Assembly: GCA_028826165.1 (NCBI GenBank)
Contig: JAPDFW010000079.1
Location: forward strand, 62,001-126,000
Direction of reading: 5' to 3'
DNA: 64,000 bases
Source of the DNA: Anaeramoeba ignava BMAN
Taxonomy: Eukaryota; Protista; Anaeramoebae
Position numbers and translations under genes: made by a program. Below the pieces are notes generated by a model, which had not been told where the DNA came from, did no database searches, and saw only the letters and a list, made by a program, of their open reading frames with translations. Shown here in pieces: positions 39,201 to 53,009 of the stretch (position 1 is its first letter; each line of letters begins with the position of its first letter).

Positions 39201-42200
39201 AGAAAAGGTTGCTAAATTTCTTGGAGTAAAACCATTAAAAAGACCTGAAAAAACTCAAGTTGTTGAAAAAGAAAAACCAATTGAGGAAAAAATTAATCTT
39301 CCAAAAAAAACAAATCAAAAAGAAAACAAATCAAAAAAGGAAGAAAATAATCAACCAGAAGAACAAAATTCATTTTTTGCAATGCTTGATTGGCAACCAA
39401 ATGAATCAAATCAAAATCAAAAACCAAAACCAAAACCAAAAATTGAATCAAATCAAAATCCAAAAATTGAATCAAATCAAAATCAAAATCAAAATCAAAA
39501 TCAAAATCAAAATCAAAATCAAAATTCAAAAAGAAAATCTCAAAATCATAAAAAACACCATCATAAACATCATCATTCAAAAAATTCACCTCAAAAAGAA
39601 AACAATGAACAACTCCAACAAAATCAACCTCAATTAAATCCTGTTGAAAAAAATGATCAACCAATTTTAATTTTTGATCCACAAGAATTTGAAAATCAAA
39701 TGAAACAATATCAAGATAAAAAAGAAACAATAATTGATTCAACATCAGAAAAAAATGATCAAAGTGAAGAAAAGCAAGTAGAAAATAAAATGATAAATAG
39801 AAACAAAAGATCTTTTCTTGATAGTGATGAATTCTTTTTTGGTGAACAAAATCAAAATCAAAATCAAAATCAAAACCAAAATCCAATTTCATTTCAAAGT
39901 GATAGTGAAAATGAAAATGAAAATCAAAATCAAAATCAAAACCAAAATCAAAATCAAAATCAAAATCCAATTTCATTTCAAAGTGATAATGAAAATGAAA
40001 ATGAAAATTTATTTAAAAATCAAAATCAAAATCAAAATCAAAATCAAAATCCAATTTTATTTCAAAGTGATAGTGAAAATGAAAATGAAAATTTATTTAA
40101 AAACCAAAATCAAAACCAAAGTCCAATTTCATTCCAAAGTGATCAAGAAAGTAATAAAGAAAGTCAAGATGAAAATGATGAAAATGATGAAAATGATGAA
40201 AAAGGAAATGATGAACAAAAAAAATTTTCTTTGCAAGAAATTCTTCATGATAAAAAAACAAATGAACAAATTAAAATTCAACAAAATGAAATGAATCAAG
40301 AAAGAATAATTGTAGAAACAAAAACAGAAAAATCAAAACCAAAACCAAAAAGAAGACACAAACATAGAGATCACAAGCATGGGATAAAATTAGAAGATCA
40401 AAGCCAAAGCATTTCTTCAGACAATTTAAATGAAAAATTAAATGAAAAATTAAATGAAAAATTAAATGAAAATGGAAATTTAAATGAAAATGAAAATTCA
40501 AAATTAAATGAAAATGAAAATGAAAATGAAAATAAAAAACATCATTTACTTAAAGAAAAACGATCCAAAGAAAAACCAATTAAAACAGTAGCTGTAAAAC
40601 CTGAAGGGAATCCTAATTTCAAACTTAGTTCACAACCACATCTTAAACCAATAACAAATCAATCATCAATTAATATTGATAATTTGAAATTAGAACCATC
40701 AACAGAAAAAACAACAAAATTATCAAAATTTCAAGATTTTGCAAAGGCAACTTTCTCTTCTAGACATAATAAATGGGTTATAAAGGCAATTAATTCAGAA
40801 TTATCTGAATCAAAACCTAAATATGTTCGTAAATTGATTTTAATGACTTGGAAAGAACCTCAAAATATTCAAAGTTTTTATCAATCTATTATAAAAAGAC
40901 CAATTGGAAAAGATTCAATAGTTGGTTTGAAATTTGCTCATTTGATTCTTAAAATGATTCAAGAAGGATCTCCAGCAGTAAATTCAAAACAAAATTAAAA
41001 TTAAAATTAAATTAAAATTAAATTTAAATTAAATTAAATTAAATTTAAATTTAAAATTAAATTAAATTAAAAACATTCAAAAATAAATTCAAATTTTAAA
41101 AATTAAATTAAATTAAATTAAAATTAAATTAAATTAAATTCAATTTAAATTAAATTCAAATTAAAATTCAAATTAAATTAAATTAAATTCAAAATTAAAA
41201 AAATTAAATAAATTAAATTCAAATTCAAAAATTCAAATTAAATTCAAATTAAATTAAATTAAATTAAATCAAATTAAATTAAAATTCAAATTAAATTAAA
41301 TTAAATTAAATTAAAATTAAATTAAATTTAAATTAAAAATTAAAATTAAATTAAATTAAATTAAATTCAAATTAAATTCAAAAACAAATTAAATTAAATT
41401 AAATTAAAATTTAAATTCAAATTAAATTAAATTCAAAATTAAATTAAATTAAATTAAATTAAATTAAATTAAATTAAATTAAATTAAATTAAATTAAATT
41501 CAAAACAAAACCAAATTCAAATTAAATTAAATTCAAATTAAAATTAAATTAAATTAAAATTAAATTAAATTCAAAATTAAAATTAAATTCAAAATTAAAA
41601 TTAAATTAAAATTAAATTCAAATTAAATTAAATTAAATTAAAATTAAATTAAATTAAAATTAAATTCAAAATAAATTCAAAATAAATTCAAATTAAATTT
41701 AAAATAATTTCAATCATTTTTAATAGTTCTTGGAATACACAAAAAAAAGAGATGACTTATTTTCTAAACTTCTGGAATCTTGGAAGAAAATCCAAAAAGG
41801 AATTTTCCCTGTTTTACTTGTTAAATATTTAAATATTCTTATAGAGAAAATTGATTTTCATAAATCAAGACCAGAATTTGAAGGAAATTTATCACTTGGA
41901 ACTTATATAATTAATTCATTTGAAAAAGGAATTATCGACCCATTATATGATTATGAAAAATGCACTGGAGAAGATTTAGTATCGTAAGTTTTATTTGATT
42001 AAAAAATTTAAAAAATTTAAATTAAAAAATTAAAAATTAAATTAAAAAATTAAAAAAGTGAAAAAACAGTTAAATCTTTACTTTCTTTATACGAGAAAAT
42101 TATTGACTATGGTAAAATCTCCTTTTCAAATTCTTTCCAAAATCTTGAAAAACTTGATTCTTGCCAAACAAGCTCATTGATTCCTATTATTAAAGAAGCA

Positions 42201-44386
42201 ACAAATCTTTTCCAAATTATTACAAATTTTACTTCGAAATTAATTTCAAATGGAAAATTAAAAACTCCTTCAAAAGAAGAAATTATAAAGAAATATAAAT
42301 CATGCTTTCCCATTTTAAAGGAATTTGTTTTTCAAGCGAAATCAATTCAAATGATTAGTTCATTGATTACAGTTACAGAACTTCCAATTGTATATAAAAA
42401 AAATAGTTTAATTTTCAATTTTTTAATTTTTTAAAAAACAAACAAAAATAAATAATTAATTAATTTAGAATTCTCCAAAATTAACTTCTAAATCTTTATG
42501 GGAAAGATTTTCTATTCCAGAATCTATTAATGAAGATACTTATTTAAGAATCACAAAAAACAAAAAAAATATGGAAAAGCAAATCAAATCATTAATTAAG
42601 AAAAAAAACACTGAAAATAAATTAAAAAAAAAACAACAAAGAGAGAAAAAAAAAAAAAAGAAGAAGAAGAAAGAAAAAAACAATTAGAAGAAGAGGAAGA
42701 AAGGAAAAAACAACAACAAAAATTAGAAGAAGAAGAAAGAAAAAAACAATTAGAAGAAGAGGAAGAAAAAAAAAGGCAATTAGAAGAAGCAGAAAAAAAT
42801 ACACAAGAAATATTTTTTGATATTGGAAATTTTAATACTAATATTAATGATAGCAATGATAATATAATTCAAGAAAATCAAAATCAAAATCAAAATCAAA
42901 ATCAAAATCAAAATGAAAATCAACCAAAATTATTTTCACAAGATTTTTTTGATGATAATATTTTCCAACAAAATCAAAATCAAAATCCAAATCAAAATCA
43001 AAATCCAAATCAAAATCAATCACAAGAAATTTTACCTGGATTTGAAAATTTTGGAAATGATCAAAAGCAAACAAATCAAAGTTTTATTGGATTTGATGAT
43101 GATTTTGATACTTTTTCATCTCCAAAACAACAACCAAAACAACAAAATCAATCAATACCCAAAATTCAAGAAAAAGAAAAAAATACTCAAGAAATATTTT
43201 TTGATATTGGAAATTTTAATACTAATATTAATGATAGCAATAATAATATAATTCAAGAAAATGAAAATCAAAATCAAAATGAAAATCAAAATGAAAATCA
43301 AAACCAACCAAAATTATTTTCACAAGATTTTTTTGATGATAATATTTTCCAACAAAATCCAAATCCAAATCAAAATTCAAATTCAAATCAATCACAAGAA
43401 ATTTTGCCTGGATTTGAAAATTTTGGAAATGATCAAAAACAAACAAATCAAAGTTTTATTGGATTTGATGATGATTTTGATACTTTTTCATCTCCAAAAC
43501 AACAACCAAAACAACAAAATCAATCAAACCAAAATTTAAATTTTTTTGATGATAATATTTTCCAACAAAATCCAAATCAAAATTCAAATCAAAATCAAAA
43601 TCAAAATCAAAATCAAAATCAAATTCAAATTCAAAATCAAAAAAAACCAAAACAAACAAAACAAGATTTTATTGGATTTGATGATGATTTTGATTCATTT
43701 GGATCACCAAAACAAAAAGAAAAACCAAAACAAGAAATAAAACCAAAACAAGAAATAAAACCAAAACAAATAGAAAAACCAAAACAAGAAGAAAAAAAAT
43801 CAAAACAAGAAGAAATAGAAAAAACAAAAGCAATAAATCAAATGGAACAATTAACAAATAAAGTGACAAAACAAGTAACAAATCAACAAACTATTATGAA
43901 TCAAAACCAAGATAAAAAGAAGCATCACCATTCAAGAGAAAAGAAGCATCATCATTCAAAAACCAAACCAAAACCACTTCCAAAAACAAATCAAGAAAAA
44001 CCAAAATCAAATCCAAAAACAAATCAAGAAAAACCAAAATCAAATCCAAAAACAAATCAAGAAAAATCAAAATCAAATCAAGAAAAACCAAAATCAAATC
44101 CAAAAACAAATCAAGAAAAATCAAAAACAAATCAAGAAAAACCAAAATCAAATCCAAAATCAAATCCAAGAAAAATCCAAAATCAAATCCAAAATCAAAT
44201 CCAAAATCAAATCCAAAAACAAATCAAGAAAAACAAATCAAAAACAAATCAAGAAAAATCAAAATCAAATTCAAAAATCAAAATCAAAATCAAAATCAAA
44301 ATCAAAATCAAAATCCAAAATCAAAATCAAATCAAAATCAAGCAGAAAATTCTTTAATGAATCAAATTCAATGGTTTGATAATTAA
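36275..44386 (+). CDS. NAK-family (AAK1/BIKE-like) kinase fused to an ANTH domain and an endocytic-motif tail; exons 36275-36623, 36705-36850, 38102-38315, 39023-40977, 41727-41983, 42059-42389, 42469-44386
   Basis: IAEGGFGFVY, ALKKM, HRDLKVENVL, LCDFGSAT and TTLSYRAPEMIDL are NAK signatures. KAINSELSESKPKYVRKLIL...KFAHLILKMIQEG...KYLNILIEKIDFHKSRPEFEGNL resembles the Sla2/HIP1 ANTH. FDDDF repeats follow. Probable frameshifts in poly-A or repeat tracts of the last exon. Confidence 0.85.
36851..39022 (+). repeat. Two kinase introns (36851-38101, 38316-39022) filled with (AAATTATAAATA)n 12-mers
   Basis: GT-AG bounded, with essentially A/T-only interiors. Confidence 0.9.
40978..41726 (+). repeat. 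Intron filled with (AAATT)n
   Basis: GT at 40978, AG at 41725-41726. The intron splits the ANTH domain and splices in frame. Confidence 0.85.
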
Positions 44387-44552
44387 TTCAAATTTTTCTT
44401 TTTATTCAAATTTCCAATTCTTTCATTTTCTTTTTTAAAATTCTTTTTCTTTTTAAAAAACAAAAAAAATAAATAAAAAATAAAAAGGAAATTAAAAAAA
44501 AAATTTAATTTGATTTTTATTTTTGATTATTTTTAATTATTTTTTTTCTTTT

Positions 44553-45649
44553 TCAATTATCATAAAGAGATAAAATATATTCAAAAGAAACTGGTTTTGA
44601 ATCAATTTCTTTAAGATCTTCATGAAGATTTTCATTTTCATTTTCTTTTTCTTTTAAATTAAATCCACTATAAAAAGCTAAATAAAAAAAAAATTATAAA
44701 TAAATTTATAATTAATTCCTTTTCAAATTTCAATTTTAAATTTTAAAAAAAAACCTGAAAGAATCTATTAAAAAAAAACATAATTAAATTTTAATAAATT
44801 ATTTTGAATTTAAATTAAATTTTTAAATTAAAAAAAATACGGAATTTGATTCATTTTTTGGATTTTCATCTTTTCCTTCTTTCTTTTCATTTTCAGTTTG
44901 CTTTTCATTTGCAACTTTCTGATCTTTTTCTTCAACTTTATCATTCGAAACATTTTCATGATTTAAACCAACATTTTTTTCTTGATTTTCTTGAGTTTCT
45001 TTATTTGATTGAATTTTATCCAAACTAAAATCAATAAGATTTTTCTTTTCATTTTTCGGTTGAACTTTCTGGATTAAATTTTCAACAGGCTTTTTATTAG
45101 GATTTTGTTTTTTAAGAAAATGCTTAGATAATTCAAGTTGAGAATTTTGTAATTTCTTAAAAATTTTATGAGGAGGAGGTTTAGATTTTGAAATGAATTT
45201 TTGGATAACATATTTTTTATGAATAAATTGTTTCAATAAATCTAAAGAATGGGAAGAAGGACGAACAAAACGAGAACTTAATCTTGCTTCCCAGTATTTA
45301 TTTGCGTTTTGATTTCCAATATAAAGCAAGCGAGAAGCATCTTCAGAAGAGAAAGAGTCATAGACCAGTGATTTCACGTTTTTGTGCTTCATTTTCAGTG
45401 ATCTATGAATCCCAGCACAATCAATGCACAGCAAAATCCCGAGACTAAGATTCGCCCATTCTGGGTCTTTTTGTGAGGTTTATTAATCTCTTTGTTATTC
45501 TCTTTATTTTCTTGATCTTCTTCTTTTTTTATTTATTTTTTACTTTTTTACTTACTTATTCCTTGACAATCTGCGCATTTTTCATTTTCTGGTGTTTTTC
45601 TTAACTCTTTTAATAACTCTTTTCTTCTATCTTCCTTTTTTCTTCTCAT
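44553..45649 (-). CDS. SMAP-type ArfGAP; exons 45649-45556, 45466-44841, 44764-44755, 44677-44553
   Basis: CADC...PEWANLSLGILLCIDCAGIHRSL zinc finger with the catalytic Arg, GNQNANKYWEA, FIHKKY, a clathrin-box-like NLIDF, and C-terminal ILSLY as in SMAP1/2. Confidence 0.85.
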
Positions 45650-45893
45650 TTTATTTATTTTTTGTTTAAAAAAAATGATTTCGAAAAATTTGTTTTTTTT
45701 ATTCTTTTTTATTTGTAACAAAAACTGACGAATTTTTTTTTCAATTCCACTTTCTTCTATTTAGATTTGAATTTGGGATAATTAAATAAATCTTAAAATA
45801 ATTAAATAAATCTTAAAATTAATAAATAAATAAATAAATAAATAAATAAAATAAATAAATAAATAAATAAATAAATAAATCAATCTTAAAATT

Positions 45894-46278
<385 letters not shown>

Positions 46279-46389
46279 AATATAAAAAATGAGAATAGAT
46301 TTAATTTAATATTTAATTTAAAAATTAATCTAAAAATATAATTTAATGTTTATTTTTATGTTTAAAATATTAATTTAATGTTTTATATT

Positions 46390-46965
46390 TAAATAAATTA
46401 ATTAAAATATTTTATCAATTTTATTTAATTATTGGTAATAATTTTATATTATTCTAAATAAAGAAATATTAATAAAATATATAAAATAGAATTAATTTTA
46501 AATTTAATTATTTAATATTCTTTATTCCATTTTTTAAATAAATTAATTAAAATATTTTATTAATTTTATTTAATTTTTGGTAATTATTTTATATTATTTT
46601 GAATAAATAAATGTTAATAAAATATATAAAATAGAATTGTTTTTAAATTTAATTATTTAATATTCTTTATTCCATTTTTAAATAAATTAATTAAAATATT
46701 TTATCAATTTTATTTAATTTTTGGTAATAATTTTATATTATTCTGAATAAATAAATATTAATAAAATATATAAAATAGAATTAATTCCAAATTTAATTAT
46801 TTAATATTCTTTATTCCATTTTTGAAATAAATTAATTAAAAATATTTTATGAATTTTATTTAATTTTGGTAATTATTTTATATTATTTTGAATAAAGAAA
46901 TATTGATAATATATAAAATAAATTAATTTAAATTTAATTATTTAATATTCTTTATTCCATTTTTA
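46390..46965. repeat. AT-rich tandem array, unit ~144 bp, 4 copies (2 copies in the duplicate at ~52340-52630)
   Basis: The anchor TTATTCCAT recurs at 46522, 46667, 46811 and 46952. Confidence 0.85.
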
Positions 46966-47357
46966 TTTTTTTCATTTTTCTTTTCAAAAACAAAATTTAA
47001 AATTAAGTAAATATTTTTCTTAAATTTTAAAAACAAAAATCAAAAATAAAAATAAAATTTAATAATAAATAAATAATATAAATATAAAATTTAAATGAAA
47101 TTAAAAACAAAATAATTATTAATTTAATATTATTTCAATAATATTTCAATAAACAAAAAAAAAGGAAAAATAAATTCAAAATTTTTTATTTAAAAATTAT
47201 CAATAAAAAAATTACAATTTAAATTTAATTACAAATAAAAATAAAAAAGAAAATATTTTTATTATTGATTTATTATTATTTCATAAATATTTATTTTATT
47301 TATTCCTTTAAAAAATAAATTTTCCTTTTTGTTTTAAAAATAAAATTAAAAAGAAAA

Positions 47358-50300
47358 ATGAGAAATTCTTCAAAAGAAATTGATTCAAATCGAAAAATCA
47401 AAAATAAGAAATCTAATAAAAAATCAAATCAAAAATCAAATAAGAAATCCAATCAAAAATCCAATCAAAAATCAAATAAGAAATCAAATCAAAATCAAAA
47501 TCAAAATCAAAATCAAAAATCAAATCAAAAATCTAATAAGAAATCAAAAAAGAAATCTAAATCAAAATCAAATCAAAATGAAAATCAAATCCAAAAAATT
47601 TCATTTCAAGAAATTTATTCAAAAGAAAAATCACAAAAAATCCAAATATCAAAATTATATCAATTTCCTCCTCAAGAACTTAATAAATTTTTAATTTGTG
47701 AACTTCTTTCAAATTATAAAAAAATGTTTCAAAATGAAGAAAATTGTGATTTTATAATTTATGCTGGAAAAAACAATCAAAAAATTCCTTGTCATAAATC
47801 AATACTTAATTCAAGATCAAAATTTTTTTATGAAAATCATCATGAAAAATCAGAAATTGAAGAATTATATCTTCCACAATTTGAGTATGATATTGTTAAA
47901 TCAATCATTTCATTTCTTTATGATTCAGAATTTAAATTTGATTTAAACAAATTTGAAAAATATTTTCAACTTTCAAAAGATTTTAAATTAACAAGTTTAA
48001 CAATCAAAATTGAAAAAGAAGTTTCAGAACAAATTAATAAAAAAAATGTTATTCCAATTTATTTCAAAAGTATTTCCATTGAATCAAATTATCTTTCCAA
48101 TATTTGTGAAAATTTTATTAAAGAAAATATTAATAAAATTATTGAAGAAAAACAAATTGGATCAATTAATAATAAAGAATTAACAGAAATTATTCAACTT
48201 ATTCAATCAACACCAAAAGAAAACAGAATAAATTTAATTTGGAAATTAGCTCAAGATTGGAAAAATAAATTCAAACAAAGCAATAAAAATTTAATAAATA
48301 AAGAAAAATATATTGATCCAATTCAAATTCAAGAAATCAATAATGAAATTCAAGATTTTCATTTAATTATTGATAATATTAAAAATGAAGGATTTATTTC
48401 AAATAATTCAAGAATTCAAAATAATCCAATTTTATCTCCAACTGATCAACTTCAATTAATTAATCAAAAAAATGAAGAATTAAATCAAGAAAACAAAAAA
48501 CTTAAAAAAAAAAATAAAAGACAAGACAAAATAATTCAACAAAAAGATCAAGAAATTAATCAATTTAAACAATCTATTCAACAAAAAGAAAACAAAATTC
48601 AAAAACAAAAAAATAAGATCAAAGAAATCAAACCACAATTAGAAATTTTTGAATCAGAAATAAAGGTTCACAAAACCTTAGAAGATTTTATAAATCAAAT
48701 TTCAAATTTAAATGAAAGTAAATTGTTTTAAATTTTAAATTATTAAAAAATTATTTTGAAATTTAAATTCAAAAACAAAATTAAAAAAGATTCTATTGAA
48801 GAAACAATAAAATATATGAAACAATGCCCAAATAATCAAAAAATTCAAGAAAATGGATGTTTTATTTTACAAAAATTTGCAAACAAAAATGAAGGTAAAA
48901 ATTTTATATCTTTTTATTATTTTCCAAAATTAAAATTAAAATTTAAATGAAAATTACTTTTTTTGCTTTAATTTCTAATTCTAAAAAAAATTAAAAATCA
49001 ATATTAAAACTCAATACTTAAAGATAATCGAAATAAACTCAGAAATTTAAAAGGAATAAAACGTGTTATTAAAGCAATGAATAATTTCCCAAATAATCAA
49101 GATATTCAATATCAAGGATGTTCTGCTTTATGGGTTATTGTTAAGCATAATAATGGTAAATAAAAAATAAAAAATCCAAAATATTATTTTAATCCATTAT
49201 TTATTATTAATTATTAATTAAAATCCAAAAAAAAAATTAATCAATTTCAAATTTATTTTCAAAAATAAAAATAATAAAATAGAAAACAAAATTGAAATAA
49301 GAAATTTAAAAGGAATTGAACCTATTATTAAAGCAATGAATAATTTCCCAAATAATCAAGATATTCAATATAAAGGATGTGGAGCTTTATGGAATATTGG
49401 TGTTAATAATGGTAAATAAAAAATTAAAAAATAAAAATTATTTATTTTCCATTTTTTTTTTGAAATTTAAAATTAAAAATTAAATCAAAAAATATCAAAA
49501 ATAATTACAAAAAATAAATTAAAATTAAATAAATTTACAAAATAATAAATAAATAATTATTAATTATTAATTAAAATCCAAAAAAAAAATTAATCAATTT
49601 CAAATTTATTTTCAAAAATAAAAATAAAAAAATAGAAAACAAAATTGAAATTAGAAATTTAAAAGGAATTGAACCTATTATTAAAGCAATGAATAATTTC
49701 CCAAATAATCAAAATATTCAATATAAAGGATGTGGAGCTTTATTGAATATTGGTGATAATGATGGTAAATAAAAATTAAAAAATAAAAATTATTTATTTT
49801 CCATTTTTTTTTTAAAATTTAAAATTAAAAATTAAATCCAAAAAATATCAAAAATAATTACAAAAAATAAATTAAAATTAAATAAATTTACAAAATAATA
49901 AATAAATAATTATTAATTATTAATTAAAATCCAAAAAAAAAATTAATCAATTTCAAATTTATTTTCAAAAATAAAAATAATAAAATAGAAAACGAAATTG
50001 AAATAAGAAATTTAAAAGGAATTGAACCTATTATTAAATCAATGAATAATTTCCCAAATAATCAAGATATTCAATATAAAGGATGTGGAGCTTTATGGAT
50101 TATTGGTGATAATAATGGTAAATAAAAATTAAAAAATAAAAAATTAAAAAATAAAAAATTATTTATTTTCCATTTTTTTTTTGAAATTCAAAATTAAAAA
50201 TTAAATCAAAAAATACCAAAAATAATTACAAAAAATAAATTAAAATTAAATAAATTTACAAAATAATAAATAAATAAATATTAATTATTAATTAAAATCC

Positions 50301-51208
50301 AAAAAAAAAATTAATCAATTTCAAATTTATTTTCAAAAATAAAAATAATAAAATAGAAAACAAAATTGAAATAAGAAATTTAAAAGGAATTAAACCTATT
50401 ATTAAAGCAATGAATAATTTCCCAAATAATCAAGATATTCAAATTAATGGGTGTGGAGCTTTATGGAATATTGGTGATAATAAAGGTAAATAAAAATTAA
50501 AAAATAAAAAATTAAAAAATAAAAATTATTTATTTTCCATTTTTTTTTTGAAATTCAAAATTAAAAATTAAATCCAAAAAATATCAAAAATAATTACAAA
50601 AAATAAATTAAAATCAAATAAATTTACAAAATAATAAATAAATAAATATTAATTATTAATTAAAATCCAAAAAAAAAATTAATCAATTTCAAATTTATTT
50701 TCAAAAATAAAAATAAAAAAATAGAAAACAAAATTGAAATAAGAAATTTAAAAGGAATTAAACCTATTATTAATGCAATGAATAATTTCCCAAATAATCA
50801 AGATATTCAATATTATGGATGTGGAGCTTTATGGAATATTGGTGTTAATAAAGGTAAATAAAAATTAAAAAAAAAATAAAAATTATTTATTTTCCATTTT
50901 TTTTTTGAAATTCAAAATTAAAAATTAAATCAAAAAATATCAAAAATAATTACAAAAAATAAATTAAAATCAAATAAATTTACAAAATAATAAATAAATA
51001 AATATTAATTATTAATTAAAATCCAAAAAAAAAATTAATCAATTTCAAATTTATTTTCTAAAATAAAAATAAAAAAATAGAAAACAAAATTGAAATTAGA
51101 AATTTAAAAGGAATTGAATCTATTATTAAAGCAATGAATAATTTCCCAAACAATCAAGATATTCAAGAAAAAGGAAAACGGGCTTTAGAAAAATTACAAA
51201 AAAATTGA
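47358..51208 (+). CDS. BTB(-BACK-like)-coiled coil-armadillo repeat protein, copy 1; exons 47358-48717, 48790-48894, 49024-49155, 49283-49411, 49636-49764, 49989-50117, 50357-50485, 50725-50853, 51081-51208
   Basis: BTB motif CDFIIYAG...IPCHKSILNSRSKFF...IISFLY, a heptad-rich segment, then 43-44-aa repeats ENKIEIRNLKGIEPIIKAMNNFPNNQDIQYKGCGALWNIG, one per GT-AG-bounded exon. Confidence 0.88.
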
Positions 51209-51312
51209 ATTACTTTTTCCTTTTCTTTTTCATTTTGATTTTCTTTTCTTTCCAATCAATTTCAATAAAAAAACAAAATTCAAATTATTTTTATATTTTA
51301 GATTTTATTTTG

Positions 51313-52225
<913 letters not shown>

Positions 52226-53009
52226 TAAAATATAAAAATGAGAATAGATTTAATTTAATATTTAATTTAAAAATTAATCTAAAAATATAATTTAATGTTT
52301 ATTTTTATGTTTAAAATATTAATTTAATGTTTTTATATTTAAATAAATTAATTAAAATATTTTATCAATTTTATTTAATTATTGGTAATAATTTTATATT
52401 ATTCTGAATAAAGAAATATTAATAAAATATATAAAAATAGAATTAATTTTAAATTTAATTATTTAATATTCTTTATTCCATTTTTAAATAAATTAATTAA
52501 AATATTTTATTAATTTTATTTAATTTTTGGTAATTATTTTATATTATTCTTGAATAAAGAAATATTGATAAAATATATAAAATAAAATTGATTTTAAATT
52601 TAATTATTTAATATTCTTTATTCCATTTTTATTTTTCATCAAAGTTTTTCAAAAACAAAATTTAAAATTAAGTAAAATATTTTTCTTAAATTTTAAAAAC
52701 AAAAACAAAAATAAAAATAAAATTTAATAATAATAATAAATAATATAAATATAAAATTTAAATGGAATTGAAACAAAATAATTGTTAATTACTTATTAAT
52801 TTAATATTATTTCAATAAACAAAAAGGAAAAATAAATTCAAAATTTTTATTTAAAATTATCAATAAAAATTACAATTTAAATTTAATTACAAATAAAAAT
52901 AAAAAAGAAAATATTTTTATTATTGATTTATTATTATTTCATAAATATTTATTTTATTTATAAACAAAAAATAATTTTCCTTTTTGTTTTAAAAATAAAA
53001 AAAAGAAAA

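Noticed and set aside
18771-44169. Numerous ORFs of [24 protein letters not shown] or LKLKLK
   Set aside because: These are alternative frames and strands of hexamer repeats that happen to lack stops, not genes.
49156-51080. Repeat-spacer-like periodicity suggesting a CRISPR array or a diversity-generating retroelement
   Set aside because: The units are GT-AG introns alternating with in-frame coding exons. No cas gene, reverse transcriptase or template repeat is present in the window.
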